NCBI GenBank assembly: GCA_030390025.1
Contig: CM059433.1
Coordinates: 14,200,001-14,264,000, forward strand
Direction: 5' to 3'
Length of the DNA stretch: 64,000 bases
DNA from: Squalus acanthias
Taxonomy: Eukaryota
Shown in pieces: positions 38,626 through 51,899 of the stretch. Within the stretch, counting starts at the first letter, position 1; the number at the start of each line of letters is the position of its first letter. The notes beneath the pieces were generated by a model. It made no database searches and had not been told where the DNA came from. It saw only the letters and a program-made list of their open reading frames with translations. A program made the position numbers and the translations under genes.

Positions 38626-39334
38626 GATGTTTAGTAGGGGTGCTGGAGTGGCGGCGACCCAGGCTGGTTTTTGCGGAATCTGGAGGAGTCCTCTTTCTTC
38701 CTCCTGGCCCCACTAAATTAAGGAGGAATTTACCTTCGAGATCCTCGTCAGCCAGGCTGCCAGCTGATACTAGTTGGAGAGTGGACGGCGCACACTCCGC
38801 CCAGTTCAGCCCAAAAATGGCAGTCGGGGTCCGATGTACATGATAGGACCAAGATTTGCAATTTAAATGGGCCCACCGCCTGATTCGGGGCCGCTCTGGC
38901 TGGCCAGCACTAGGCCCAAGGGATCAGTGCCGCGACCACAGTAACAAGCTGGCCGTAGACCATTGCCCACCAGTTTTGGAGCATCACCACCGCTTCAGGC
39001 AGGACGCCTAAAAATTTGCCCCCTGATATGTATTATGCTGTTGTAATATGACTCTGACCCAACCGAAACATGTCTGCAAGTTCGCTCTCGCAGGCAGTCT
39101 ATAATTTGCAAGGTGACAATGTGTGCAGCTAAGTTGTACTGACCAGTTACGCAAGGTAATCCACCTCCTCCTTAAATTCAGAGCACGACTGCGTATCTAT
39201 AGGCAGATCCATGATGCGTAACACAGCCTGTGTGTGCCTGCACAGTGGGTGCCCTGAGCATCAGAGGAAGCCACATGCCCGGTTATTTGTGATCAGGATC
39301 AGCTGGCTGGTGTGAATGCAGCATATTAAATAAT

Positions 39335-40678
39335 GGGCTGGAAATTTCAGTCAAAATAACGGTGAGGCGACTGGCGCTCGCAGTTATTTATGCGTAAATG
39401 GTACAGCAACTTCAGGTGAGGGGCAGGTGAGCGGTTAAATGCCAATATCCAAAAGCTGCTGTCGAGTTGCGCCACTCCTCCGTTAGCTTTGTGAAAATGG
39501 CATCTCCTTGTTTGTTCACCATTGACATGCATTGAATGGGGCAAAGGGGCTGTATTTGCGCGGTGCAAACGAACCACCGTAGATAGTTAGGGCTAGTAAT
39601 TAATAGCTTAATTACCTTTGTAATGATGCGATAAGTGTTGATTACTGCCAATCAACCTCTCTCGCACTGAAAATTAACTATTACAAGTTTGGAGTCTCAT
39701 TCCTTCAGGTTTCGAATTTTTCGGGTAGATTTTAAAAATGTTAAATTTGACATTTAATTTTTTTTTTACTTCTCCTTTCTGTCTCTTTTTTTCTCTCCCT
39801 CTTAATCCAATCTTTCTTTCCCTCTCTTTATGTCCAGTTTGCAGTTTTGATCTCCTTACCCTAAGAAAGGATATACTTGCCATAGAGGGAGTGCAGCGAA
39901 GGTTCACCAGACTGATTCCTGGGATGGCAGGACTGTTGTATGAGGAGAGATTGGGTCGACTGGGCCTGTATTCACTAGAGTTTAGAAGAATGAAAGGGGA
40001 TCTCATTGAAACGTATAAAATTCTGACCGGGCTAGACAGACTGGATGCAGGGAGGATGTTTCCCCTGGCTGGGGGTCTAGAACGAGGGGTCGCAGTCTCA
40101 GGATACGGGGTCAGACATTTAGGACTGAGATGAGGAGAAATTTCTTCACTCAGAGGGTGGTGAACCTGTGGAATTCTCTACCACAGAAGGCTGTGGAGGC
40201 CAAGTCACTGAATATATTTAAGAAGGAGATAGATAGATTTCTAGACACAAAAGGCATCAAGGGGTATGGGGAGAGAGCGGGAATATGATATTGAGATAGA
40301 GGATCAGCCATGATAGTGTTGAATGGCAGAACAGGCTCGAAGGGCCGAATGGCCTACTCCTGCTCCTATTTTTTCTATGTTTCTATGTCTCTTTCTGTAC
40401 CTGATTTGACATTGAATTCACCCCCCTTTAATTCACCCTCCTTCTCAGTCCTTCCTCTGTTTGTTTCCCAGTCCTTAAGTCACATTGCTGAAGGAGATAG
40501 CCCGTGGGTTTTCCTGTTCTCTCGGGTCCCAGGTGCCCCGTTTCCCTCGCGACGCCAGTATCAGCTCGCACTTTCAGCAGCTTTGTGGGCAAAAATGTCT
40601 TGAGCTGAAGAGCGCATGGGGGTAAGTTGAACTGACGATAGACGCCGTTAGATGCCCTGCTACAGCACAATCTGGCCC
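39335..40678. mobile_element. TIR element (MITE) carrying a CR1 insertion
   Basis: GGGCTGGAAAT...AATCTGGCCC ends; flanks AAT/GAT. Confidence 0.7.
39834..40389 (+). mobile_element. CR1 LINE 3' fragment
   Basis: LRKDILAIEGVQRRFTRLIPGMAGL...; (ttctatgt)n tail; tatgtc at both junctions. Confidence 0.92.
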
Positions 40679-41329
40679 GATAAATTGATTTCTCTTACTC
40701 AGCCTGGTTAGTTCAGTGTGAGAACCTCAGAGTGACAGAAGGAATCCAGCTCCTGTGTGTGTGTGGGCAAAGTATTGTCCTTACATCTATTACTCAAGTG
40801 CAAAGGGGCGGGAGCAATATGCTGCTGTGCACAATAATTTTATCATTTTATAATAAAACATAATTTTGCCACATTTTGCACACAGCACAAGTCAGAATAA
40901 TTTAATCAACTTGAACTGCGAGGAATTGTATCGGTCAGATCGAGCTAACCATCTGTGATATTTTTCAGAACTGTAATAAATTCAAAGTTATCAGTTAAGG
41001 ACGACTGCAATAATGCTTTTTGATGTGCTTTTTTCATTCATTATATTCTTAATTTGGAGGCGTGAAATCATTTCTGGCTATAGCCTTCAGAAACCTTTCT
41101 CTCATCCTTTATTTTCTTTCTGTTCCGGCAGAATGCTAACGCTGCAGCAGAGAATAAATCGTAGCATGGTGGCAACTTTGAGAAATTAACACGTCATCAG
41201 GGCTCCAGGTGCATTTTTTAAAAAGTGCCGACGGTCTCACTTCTGAATTTTAGGAACTATTATATTTATCTGCAACATAGAGTGATTAGACTACCCATTG
41301 GCACTGCTCATGGTAATTGAGAAGATATG

Positions 41330-41670
41330 GGCCCAGAAATTAAACATCGATGGTTCCCGCGGGGGTAAGGATTCCCCACGATATCGCACTCCGCGCCTAC
41401 CTTTTTGTTTGGGGCCCACACGAACTTTAGTTTCAGAGCCTCTTCTTGTTGCAACCGTGCAGTGCTTGCGTATCCCAGAGGCGCAATTAGTTTGTGCGAG
41501 CTCTGGGATCACGTGATTCAGTTAGAGCCAATGGCAGCACACCATCTTTCATTCATAGTTTTGACAGCAAGAGCTGTCAAAGCTATGAATACTACAAACC
41601 CCCAAAAGAACAGCTAAACCTCAATTAAATTAAAAAAAAAAGCCATCACATTAATAAAATAAGTATAGCG
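41330..41670 (+). mobile_element. Left half of a family-B MITE (same subfamily as 47642-48386)
   Basis: Starts GGCCCAGAAATT; collinear with 47642-47970. Confidence 0.75.
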
Positions 41671-41703
41671 CGGCTCAGGTACAAAAATAAGGGAAAAAAC
41701 TAT

Positions 41704-42434
41704 GGGGGAGAAATTGGCCTCCTTTGCGCCTCCCGTTAGCGCCTCCGGAGGGCGATAGCGGGGCGCAAATGGGTTCGCGACCAGGCGCGGCGAATTGAGC
41801 GAGGCCTGCCGAAATTCCCTGCCGCTTTTGCGCTGGCGCTAAGACTTAGCGCCTCAGTCCCTAGCGCCCCCGGAGACTGTGACGTCATCCGGTGCGCGGC
41901 GCCCCGTTATCGCCCCGGATCTGAAATTCGCTGCCGCGCCCTTGCAGCATCGCCTGGCGTCAACAACGGCAGCTGCAGGAGGTGTTGTCACCGCGGATGG
42001 CTGCTTGTGGAGCGTTAATTAAAGGCAGTGGTGGTCAGGTAGGTCAAAATGTTATTATTATCACCCCAGTGTTTTTGAATTTTTTCCATCCCGCGATTGA
42101 TCAGCCCTGCACTCTCTCAGAGTGCTTGGGGTTGCTCTTCGCAGATCGCAGGTGCCGTCGACGACCATTCCCAGCCTTAACTTGAAATGTCCTCATCATT
42201 GGCCCTTCCCTTTAAGGGGGCGAAGGAGCCTGTGCATCCGGCAGCACTGCATCGACATTGTGCAGCGTTCTGCCGCTATCGCCCCTCTTGCTCCATTTAG
42301 CGTTTGATTTACTGAGGGAAATGGAGCGCTAAACCGGAAGTTCGCATCCGATTCAATTGCGTAGCGCCCGGCGATACTTTAGCGCTCCCGCAAAAGTTAT
42401 CGCCCCAAACGGGGCGCTACGCAATTTCTAGCCC
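41704..42434. mobile_element. Harbinger-type MITE (family A/D relative)
   Basis: TIRs GGGGGAGAAATTG / CAATTTCTAGCCC; flanks TAT/TAC; TAGCGCC arrays. Confidence 0.8.
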
Positions 42435-43524
42435 TACGTCTATAATAAATAAAGTTGCAATATACGTTTATTTGTTGCAGAAATGAGGGTGAGGCTTTGC
42501 TGCAAATATGAATTTTCTAAGTCTAAAAATTGGCCACGCTGCCAAAAATATGAAGCAAAGATTTGAGAGCTCTTTGAGTTAGTTGGTTTTGTATTACTTG
42601 CTAGTTTATGAACAGTGTCTTTGGAAAAGATGGACAAGTTAATTGGTTGATTTTGCGATGGTTGCAGTTTGCTGGCTTGTACCTTTTGCAGCCAGAGATA
42701 TTTTTAATTGGCTCACTTTAAGCCAATCAGACATGTGAGCCAATTAGGGTGGTCCACTTTTAGTCAATCGGATATTTAAGCTATCAGCAAAGTTAACTAA
42801 ACAGATAGTCGCTATTTGAGGCAGTCATGATATTTTGCCCTGTGTACAATGCCACAGACAGGAACTATAGGTTCACTGAGGTGAAACTACAGTATCATGA
42901 AATAAAATGTGACTGTTATTGCTGACAGCATAATGATATTGTGGTATTAACAATTTAAAACATAAGCAATCTTTTAAAAATTATAAATAATGCTTGAACA
43001 ATCTAATGAGAATACATTTGATTTGTATCAGTTCTTCGGGTTAGAAAGTTGAAGTGAATTAAAAATATATATTATTTTGCCTAACAGTTGCAAATTTATA
43101 TGAAAGCAAATTAACCATTGATTATAATCAAGCAATCTCACACAACCAGGTATTTTATGTTATTAAATCAACATTTTTATAACATAATGATGCACTATCA
43201 ATTAATATTCTCAAGGGCAAGGGTAACTATATACAATGTGTTCTGTATCGTTGAACACATCAAAATCTGACAATGACAGCAATAGAAATAAAAAAGATAC
43301 TGCATCATACTGTATGAAGTATCCAGTGGATGAGCTGTGCATGGATCTCCCTGCTTATCATCACCTGAATACGTCTGCTTCACTCTGTCTTAATTAAAAC
43401 GCCAGCCTTCTGCATTCTGTGGAGGAGCCCTTCGACTGACGATTATTCTACAAAGCAATGGGGCTGCCACAAAATAACAATATGAACATTTAAGGAGGCA
43501 AGTAGTTAACATTGAAAGCATTTC

Positions 43525-44092
43525 TTATATGAATTAGGAGCAAGAGTAGGCCATTCGGCCCTTCGAGCTTGCTCCGCCATTCAATAAGATCATGGCTGAT
43601 CCGATTACTCCACATTCCTGCCTATCCCCGATAATTTTTCAACCCCTTGCTTACCAAGAATCTATCTACCTCTGCCTTAAAAATATTCAAAGACTCTGCT
43701 TCCACCACCCTCTGAGGAAGAGAGTTCCAAAGACTCACGACCCTCTGTGAGAAAAAATTTCTCCTCATCTCTGTCTTAAATGGGCGACCCCTTATTTTTA
43801 AACAGTGACCCCTAGTTCTAGATTCTCCCACAAGAGGAAACATCCTCTCCACATCCACCCTGTCCAGACCCCTCAGGATCTTATATGTTTCAATCAAGTC
43901 ACCTCTTACTCTTCCAAACTCCAGCGGATACAAGCTTAGCCTGTCCAACCTTTCCTCATAAGACAATCCGCCCATTCCAGGTATTAGTCTAGTAAACCTT
44001 CTCTGAACTGCTTCCAATGCATTTACATCCTTCCTTAAATAAGGAGACCAATACTGTACACAGTACTCCAGATGTGGTCTCACCAATGCCCT
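43525..44092 (-). mobile_element. CR1 LINE 3' fragment
   Basis: ALVRPHLEYCVQYWSPYLRKDVNALEAVQRRFTRLIPG; near-identical to 57235-58750. Confidence 0.93.
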
Positions 44093-45389
44093 TTGTCTTA
44101 CACCGTGGTAATCGATCCTGATAAGCATGATGGTACCGTTAAAAAATTCCCCCTTTTTACACGACCATCATGTTTGACATCCGTGGTATAACACAAAGAT
44201 CTCTGGAAAACTTTGAACATTTTGTCGTGATGAGTGCTGAATTTGAATTAAAATTCCCATTGATTCAAATTAGGTTGGTTGATATTCCTTTGGAACAAAA
44301 CAAATTCAGTCTAAGTCAGTTCACTTTGGATTCAAAATGCATTTACTTTTACATGATGGTTACAGTCATTTACTCTCATGAACTATTTTTGTGTGTGCGT
44401 GTGCAGGGGCAACTGTGTGTGTGCTTCTGACCTCATATCATGGTGACAGTTATTAAGAGTGCCTTGCAGTTCACCAGCATTCAAAGTCTCTAATGATTTA
44501 ACTGAGGCTTACAATCACTGCTAACCTTTTAAAACTTGTACTTTGGTACTATGCAATGCAAAGTATGAATTTATTAGAATGTTAGTCCCCAGCCCTTCAT
44601 TATCTTCTGTTTCTGATGAATAAATGCCTATCTATGTATATTTCCCTGAAAATAAAATGACTCCAACTTTAAAATAGCGCATTTTCCCAACAACATCAAG
44701 TGGCATCCCTTTTCTCCATGAGGCTGCCAAATTATGCTGAAAGTTTCATAAACTCCAAACACTGACTGTATTGTCGCTGGTTTTAGTTACTAGTTAATTA
44801 GACTAAACAGGAAATTTTAAGTTTCTGCTAAAAACATAATTTGGTGCCATTGCTTGATGTTGTCACCTCTCTGACAGAAAACTGGACTTCTCTCCATTAG
44901 GCGACTTGACCTATCACAGCAGCTTGTTTTTCCCCTTCCCATTACAATTGACCGCTCCCTCTCAACACAAGGTCAGCACGGAAGAGCAACAGCACAAGGA
45001 CATTGCCATCCAATCTCCACAAGCTGAAAATGTCTTCAGATGCTGCCGCAGTGCCCAGTTGCTCTAAATATTCCCAACATCTTACTCAACATTCGTAAAC
45101 CTGACAAATTAAAAGGATATTGGACATAACTGGTGATTTTCATTAAAATCCTGCTGATTTTTATATTATCGTGGACCCTATCCAGCTTCTGCCCATCCTC
45201 GCCATCTGCTTCTTGTACTTGCAGTCAATAAACAATTAGAAGTTGCAGTGCTTAATGAAAGCTTGTGAATTGAGTGAAACACATTTTAAATGGTTGCTAA
45301 TAGTGACATGAACTTATTAATGTGGTGCTTGCCGATATTTATGGGAAAAAGCACTAATTGCCTTTATCTTAGGTGTCCTTTTTAAAAAT

Positions 45390-45730
45390 TAATTCATGGG
45401 ATGTGGGTGTCGCTGGCAAGGCCAGCATTTATTGCCCATCCCTAATTGCCCTTGAGAAGGTGGTGGTGAGCCTCCTTCTTGAACCGCTGCAGTCCGTGTG
45501 GTGAAGGTACTCCCACAGTGCTGTTAGGGAGGGAGTTCCAGGATTTTGACCCAGCAATGATGAAGGATCGGTGATATACTTCCAAGTCAGGATGGTGTGT
45601 GATTTGTAGGGTAACTTGGAGGTGGTGGTGTTCCCATGCGCCTGCTGCCCTTGTCCTTCTAGGTGGAAGAGGTCTCGGGTTTGGGAGGTGCTGCCGAAGA
45701 AGCCTTGGCGAGTTGCTGCAGTGCATCTTC
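45390..45730 (-). mobile_element. LINE 3' fragment (second CR1-group family)
   Basis: MHCSNSPRLLRQHLPNPRPLPPRRTRAA...SWNSLPNSTV...FKKEAHHHLLKGN; copy at 51350-51775. Confidence 0.85.
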
Positions 45731-46277
45731 TAAAGAATTAACTATTAACTATGCTATTTTGGAATCAACTGCAAATTTTGACACCACTCCCAAATATGAC
45801 TTGTTACAGATAAAACAGAGATTTACTTTGAACTAACCTGTTTACATAATTTATATCAGAGCAGTGATTTAGCACTGCACCTAGACACAAGCACAGAATA
45901 CATTTTGCTTCTTTAGAGTGGGTGTAAGATTTCCTCGGTTCACTATTTGTGTTAAAGGGATGAACAAGTTCTTTAGATTGAAGCTTACGATTTTGCTGCA
46001 AATAACAAGCAGAGGAATCCTTCCCCGTGCGATGTTTTACATCCAACTGCAGCATTCCAATGTTCTTTTGCACCGGAGGTCTGCTCACACGGCAGCACGA
46101 AGCTGATACGCTGCAAGGCTTCATTGGCGCCTTATTTCGTGCCTTCCATAAGAGATTGTCTTTCCTTTCCCGTTTCCTCCCCTCCTTTCCTGAAGGCACC
46201 GACTCATGCTGGGAGACTGGCATGCCGACAGCACCTTGTCCACGTTTCCATTCTTCTTGTGTAAGCCCAGACAATGT

Positions 46278-47138
46278 GGGGGGAATTTTGCCGGCGCTCA
46301 GGGGCCGGGTTTGGAGGCGGGACTGCTGGCAAAATTGCAAAGATTGACTGCGGGTCCCGAACCCGCTGTCAACCCACCTCCATACAATCTTCCCAAGTGT
46401 CGGGTCCCCGATTTGCGCATGACCCGACACCTAGCGGCGGGAAGAGGATTATAGGCACTTAACTGCCTGTTGACAGGTAGTCAAGAGGCTTTTTTTCAAT
46501 TTTGACAGGACCACTGCAGGCTTCCCGACGTCCGGACACCACGCCAGGGTCAGTGTGGCGTGCTGTGGGTCTACTGTAAGATTTGTGCATTGATGACAGC
46601 TGCAGAAGTGGTGTGAAGGATCCGATGGTACACTGGTGAGTTTCAGAGGTAAGAAAACGTTGGGAAAATCATTTTTAATGTATTTAGACTTTTCTGTAGG
46701 TAACAAGCTTTGAAGAGTTTGTGTAGTCCCACCTCATTGGGAGAACCTCTCTCACCAGTGACAGATGGCTTCTGTAACCTCACCTGCAGCTGCCATCTGT
46801 TTCATCCTAAGGAGAGAGTCATTGGAGAGCCTGGATGCAAGGGCTTAACTTTGTACAGTGATTGGCAGTGTTTACAGCACCTCAATGCTGTCAAACACTG
46901 AAAAATCATCTGTCAAAAAAAAGTGTCCCCTTTAAGAAAACCGGCCGATGACGCGTCATCAACTGACGTCATCTGACACCGGCTTTCTCTTAATTGGCCG
47001 GCAAGCCCGCAGGGCGGACTTAACAAGGCCAATTGACGTAAAATTATGTCTGTGCATCGGGCGTCATTGGGGGCGGGATCAGAACCCGGAAGGCAGGTGA
47101 CCCGCTCCCAACTCGCACCAAAAGGTAAGATCGCGCCC
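46278..47138. mobile_element. Harbinger-type non-autonomous element, family C
   Basis: GGGGGGAATTTT...AAGATCGCGCCC ends; 46440-46830 is reverse-similar to 52930-53322; shares a subterminal block with 6465-6570. Confidence 0.75.
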
Positions 47139-47289
47139 TGAGTGTTAATGGGCTATTCACCTGTACAGGCATCACATCTCAGCAGCGGCTGAAACTTCCT
47201 GGTCTAAATGGCTCAGTGCTACAGCAAGCAGTGTACTTACCCTTTGAGTTGGTAGGGGAGTTCTCTAGTAGGAAAAATAGTTAGAAGTA

Positions 47290-49200
47290 GCATGCATAGA
47301 TTTCAAAAGGGGCGATCATGCTTGACAATTCACATGGAATTCTTTTGAGATCTAACAGCCATAGAGGATGGAAAAAGTGTAATGAATGTAGTCAACATGA
47401 ACTTTAGGAAAGCTTTTGACAAGCTACCACATGGGAGCTTATTAGAAAGATTAAAGGGCATGGAATTAGGGAGAAGATAGCAAACTGCATTCAACATTAG
47501 AAGGGAGTTCTAATTAAAGGCTAGAAGGGAGAAAACAGAGAGTAGATGTTCTGGGCACGTTTTCGAAAGTGGATGGAGATGGGCAGTGGTGTCCCTCAGG
47601 GTTTTGTTCTGGGGCCACTTCTGTTCACTGTGTATATCAATGGCCCAGAAATTGATCTCGCTCTGTTCCCGCGGGGGTAAGGCTTTCCCGCGATCTCTCA
47701 CCTCGCTTGTGCTTTTTCAGATCCAGCTCGCACGAACTTGATGTTCTAGAGATCAGCTGGGCAGTGCTTGCGTATCCCAGCGGCGTAGTGAATTTGTGCG
47801 AGCTGTGGGATCACGTGACTCAGTTAGAGCCAATGGCAGCACACCATCTTCCATTCATAAGTTTCACATACATGCTGTGAAATCTATGAATCTTACACCC
47901 CTCCAAAATAACAGCTAAACTTCAATTAAATTTAAAAAAAAAACCATCACATTAATAAAATAAGTATAGTTAATTAAATTAACCATTTTAAATAAAAAAT
48001 TAAATTTTTGAAAAAATTTAAAATCTTTTAAAAAGTTATAAAAATAAACTTACCTGTCTTTAAAGTCTCTAAAAAAGATATACCTGTTAAAAAAAATTCA
48101 AAAAAATACTTAATTCACTACTTACCTTCTTAAAAGTGGGTCTTACTCCTCCTTTTTACATTTCTAAAATCTTCAGTACTTACCTGTGCGTCCAAAGCAT
48201 GAAGTGCACAGCGTTGCGCGCAGCCTGTAGCGCGCACGCGATGCACCGAGGAACCGCCCCCTTTTCAAAAGAGCAATTGCCGGTTTTCAGCGCATGCGCA
48301 GGGCATGCAGAAAACCGGCAATTGGAGTGGGAATACGCGAGAGTACGCAGTGCGTACTCTCGCGTCGCGGGATCAATTTCTGGGCCAATGATTTGGATGT
48401 AGGTCTAGACGGAGATGATTCCAAAATAGCACAGTTAATAGTTAGTTCTTTAGAAGACTAAAGGAAGCTGCAAAGGGATATTGATAGGTTTGGGGAATGA
48501 GCTATAAAGTGGCCGAGGTGATGCATTTTGGTAAAAAAAAAAGCAGTAATGACACTGCTGTTACTTTTCCACCAAAATGAATCACCTCACCTTGCTGACA
48601 TTGAATGAATGGAAGGCGGCTTGGTGCTGCGGAAGAGCAGAGGCATTTGGGGGCACAGGCTCGACGGGCATTATAAGAAGCATCTCAGGCTGGTAAGATA
48701 GCTAATGGAATTCTAAGTTTTATCACAAGAGCTATATAGAATATAAAAGCCAAGAGGTAATGATGAGCCTGAATGAGACCTCAGTTGGAGCATTGTGAGC
48801 AGTATTGAGTTTCACACTATAGGAAGGATGGTGAGGCTTTAGAGAGGGTATAAGACAGGTTCACTAGAATGCTGCCCAGTATGAGGAAATACAAATACAA
48901 ACAAATCCTTAAAAAAGTGGGTCTTTTTTCATTAGAACACTGCAGATTACATATGATGGAAATGTTTAAAATTCTGAAAGATTGGGACTGGGTAAATAGA
49001 GGCAGACTGTTTCTAATAGTTGAGGGGGTCAAGAACAAAGAGCCATAGATACAGGATTAAATTTAAGAGATTTAGAACAGAAGGCAGCAGAAACTTATTT
49101 ACACAGAGAGTTGTGAAACTGTGGAAATCAATTCCAGGGTTAGTGGTTAAGGCAGAAACTATGTCAAAATTCAAGATTAGATTTCTGGGAGAATAAAAGT
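47290..49200 (+). mobile_element. Old CR1 LINE ORF2 interrupted by a MITE
   Basis: FRKAFDKLPH, SGVPQG(F)VLGPLLFTVYIN|DL and a degenerate C-terminus. Confidence 0.85.
47642..48386 (+). mobile_element. Harbinger-type MITE family B (745 bp) inserted in the CR1 YINDL codons
   Basis: Perfect 16-bp TIR GGCCCAGAAATTGATC; perfect TSD AAT; removal restores tatatcaatgatttg. Confidence 0.93.
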
Positions 49201-49257
49201 TCCTGTGTATCGTAATCATGGAAGAGGAATTTTGAGTTATTTACTCAATAGTACATA

Positions 49258-49705
49258 ATATACTCAGTGGTAGCATCCTCCCCTCTGAGTCAGAAGATCA
49301 TGGTTTAAGCTCCACTCCACAGGCTTGAGCACATAATCTAGGCTGACACTTCAGTGCAGTACTGAGAGAGTGCTGCACTGTCGGAGGTGCCGTCTTTCAG
49401 GTGAGACATTAAACCGAAGCCCTGTATGCCCTCTCAGGTGGACGTAAGTGATCCCATGCACTATTTGAAGAAGGGTAGGAGATATCTCTTGGTGCCCTGG
49501 CCAACATTTTTCCCTCAACCAACATCATTAAAACAGATGATCCGATTATTGATCTCATCGCTGTTTGTGGGACCTTGCTGGGCACAAATTGGCTGCTGCC
49601 TTTTCTTACAGAACATTGACTTCAAAAAATACACTCAATATCTGGGAAGTGCTTTCAGGCGTCCTGAGGACATGAAAGGCTCTGTATAAATGCAAGCCTT
49701 TTCTT
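49258..49705 (+). mobile_element. SacSINE1-like SINE
   Basis: Collinear with 3717-4193. Confidence 0.85.
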
Positions 49706-50459
49706 TTAATGGTGCAATGTGTTCTTGTGAGTTGCAAATATGCAGTAAGATTGCATACTTTGGCGGTTCCATACTATTTATAGATCTAATGAATATGTAG
49801 TCCATTAGGAATAACATTTGGTAGCTTTAGCTCTTTCACTGGACACAGCACCATTGAATGGGAACTGACCCACCAATTCTACTGTCTACACTGTAGCCAT
49901 GGTGGTACAAAGCTGATGCTCCACTAGATGCTGACAACACTGGAGTACATCATTTCAGAATTTGTTTTTTGAAAATTACATCACGTTATAATCTTCAACA
50001 ACAGCAACAACAACTTGCATCTTTATAGCGCATGTAAGGTAGTATAGCAGCTTTGTATAAATTGATGACAATCTGTGGACTTAATACAGAGGTGAATTAC
50101 ACATACGAGTCCTGAGCACCCTGTTGGCGGACAGCTCGTCAAGCTGATCAGTGAGTCGACACTGTTATTTATTTTAGATTGGATTTTAGTTCCCATCTCA
50201 CGAGATCTGGAGGCGAATTTACCGTTTCAGACAAACATTCCACCTTCGTGAAAACTAACTAACATGACTGCACAAAACACTTTCAAAGAAATATTGTATT
50301 TAACCAAAAACTCTCGCATAAAGAAGTAATTCTTCCATTTTAATTTGCGGTTCTATAACCCGGCACGGACTCGATGGGCTGAATGGCCTCCTTCTGCACC
50401 GTTATGACCCTATGATGTAAATTGCTCTTTTTTAAAAGCAGTATAACCTGTTAATCATA

Positions 50460-50871
50460 CAAAAAAGAAAGAAAAACTTGCATTTCTATAGCGCCTTTCA
50501 CGACCACCGGATGTCTCAAAGCGCTTTACAGCCAATGAAGTACTTTTGGAGTGTAGTTACTCTTGTAGTGTGGGAAACATGGCAAATAATTTGCGCACAG
50601 CAAGCTCCCACAGACAGCAAGCTCCCACAGACAGCAATGTGATAATAACCAGATAATCTGTTTTTTTGATCTTTTACATCCACCTGAGAGGGCAGATGGC
50701 AGATTGGTTTAACATCTCATCCTAAAGACAGCACCATCTGACAATGCAGCTCTCCCTTAGCACTGCACTGGAATGTCAGCCTAAATTTATGCGCTCAAGT
50801 CTCTGGAGTGGGACTTGAACCCACAACCTTCTGACTCAGAAGGTAAGTGTGCTGCCCACTGAGCCACAGCC
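50460..50871 (-). mobile_element. SacSINE1-like SINE with an internal 17-bp tandem duplication and a deletion
   Basis: Collinear with 3717-4193; cagcaagctcccacaga occurs twice near 50598-50635. Confidence 0.85.
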
Positions 50872-51349
50872 GATCTCTCCGAAAGGTTTCATTGTTGGAA
50901 GGTATTGAAAAAAAAGCTTAGGTATAAAATTCTTTACTTCCTGACATGCTATATTGATTTATTCTCATCTTTTACAATAGACTATTCACATTCTGATGCT
51001 ATTTTATGTGACTATGGGCCATTGATTGCTAATTAATAGGACAGGACAGAAAACAGATGCAAGGTCACCTTAGATCCCTGAGGCTCATAAAACACATGTG
51101 TATAAGTGAGGAAGCTTGCTTGTAGCTGGAATTTAATGCTCTAGATACATGTAGGACAAAAAGCCTCAGCAGATGGATTACGTGAGTTATTACAGTGCTG
51201 TAATGTGTTGGTGTACCAAAGCAATGCATCTTGGGGATGGATTTTAACCCTATCCACCCAGAGGAAACCAGGTGAGTAAGCAGTTAAAATCCACCAGGTG
51301 TCTTACCCACTGATGTCTTGCACAGATCCCACTGTTTCCATTTTGTTTT

Positions 51350-51775
51350 ATTCATTCCAGGATGTGGGTATCGCTGGCAAGGCCAGCATTTATTGCCCAT
51401 CCCTAATTGCCCTTGAAAAGGTGGTGGTGAGCCGCCTTCTTGAACCGCTGCAGTCCATGTGGTGAAGGTACTCCCACAGTGCTGTTAGGGAGGGAGTTCC
51501 AGTATTTTGACCCAGCGACGATGAAGGAACGGCGATATACTTCCAAGTCAGGATGGTGTGTAACTTGGAGGGGAACTTGGAGGTGGTGCTGTTCCCATGC
51601 GCCTGCTGCCTGCATCCTTCTAGGTGGAAGAGGTCGCGGGTTTGGGAGGTGCTGCCAAAGAAGCCTTGGCGAGATGCTGCAGTGCATCTTGTAGATGGTG
51701 CACACTACAGCCATGGTACGCCGGTGGTGGATGGGGTGCCAATCAAGCGGGTTGCTTTGTCTTGGATGGTGTCGA
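51350..51775 (-). mobile_element. LINE 3' fragment (second CR1-group family)
   Basis: Homologous to 45390-45730. Confidence 0.85.
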
Positions 51776-51899
51776 GGCACACCTAAGCCATTGTGGCTTT
51801 TCCACCAGGTGAAGGCCTGTCAGATGAGGAGCAGAGGAGGCCATTCAAAGGAAGTATTTTTACCCCGTTCCCACACTTAACTGAGTGCTAGTGGATGGT

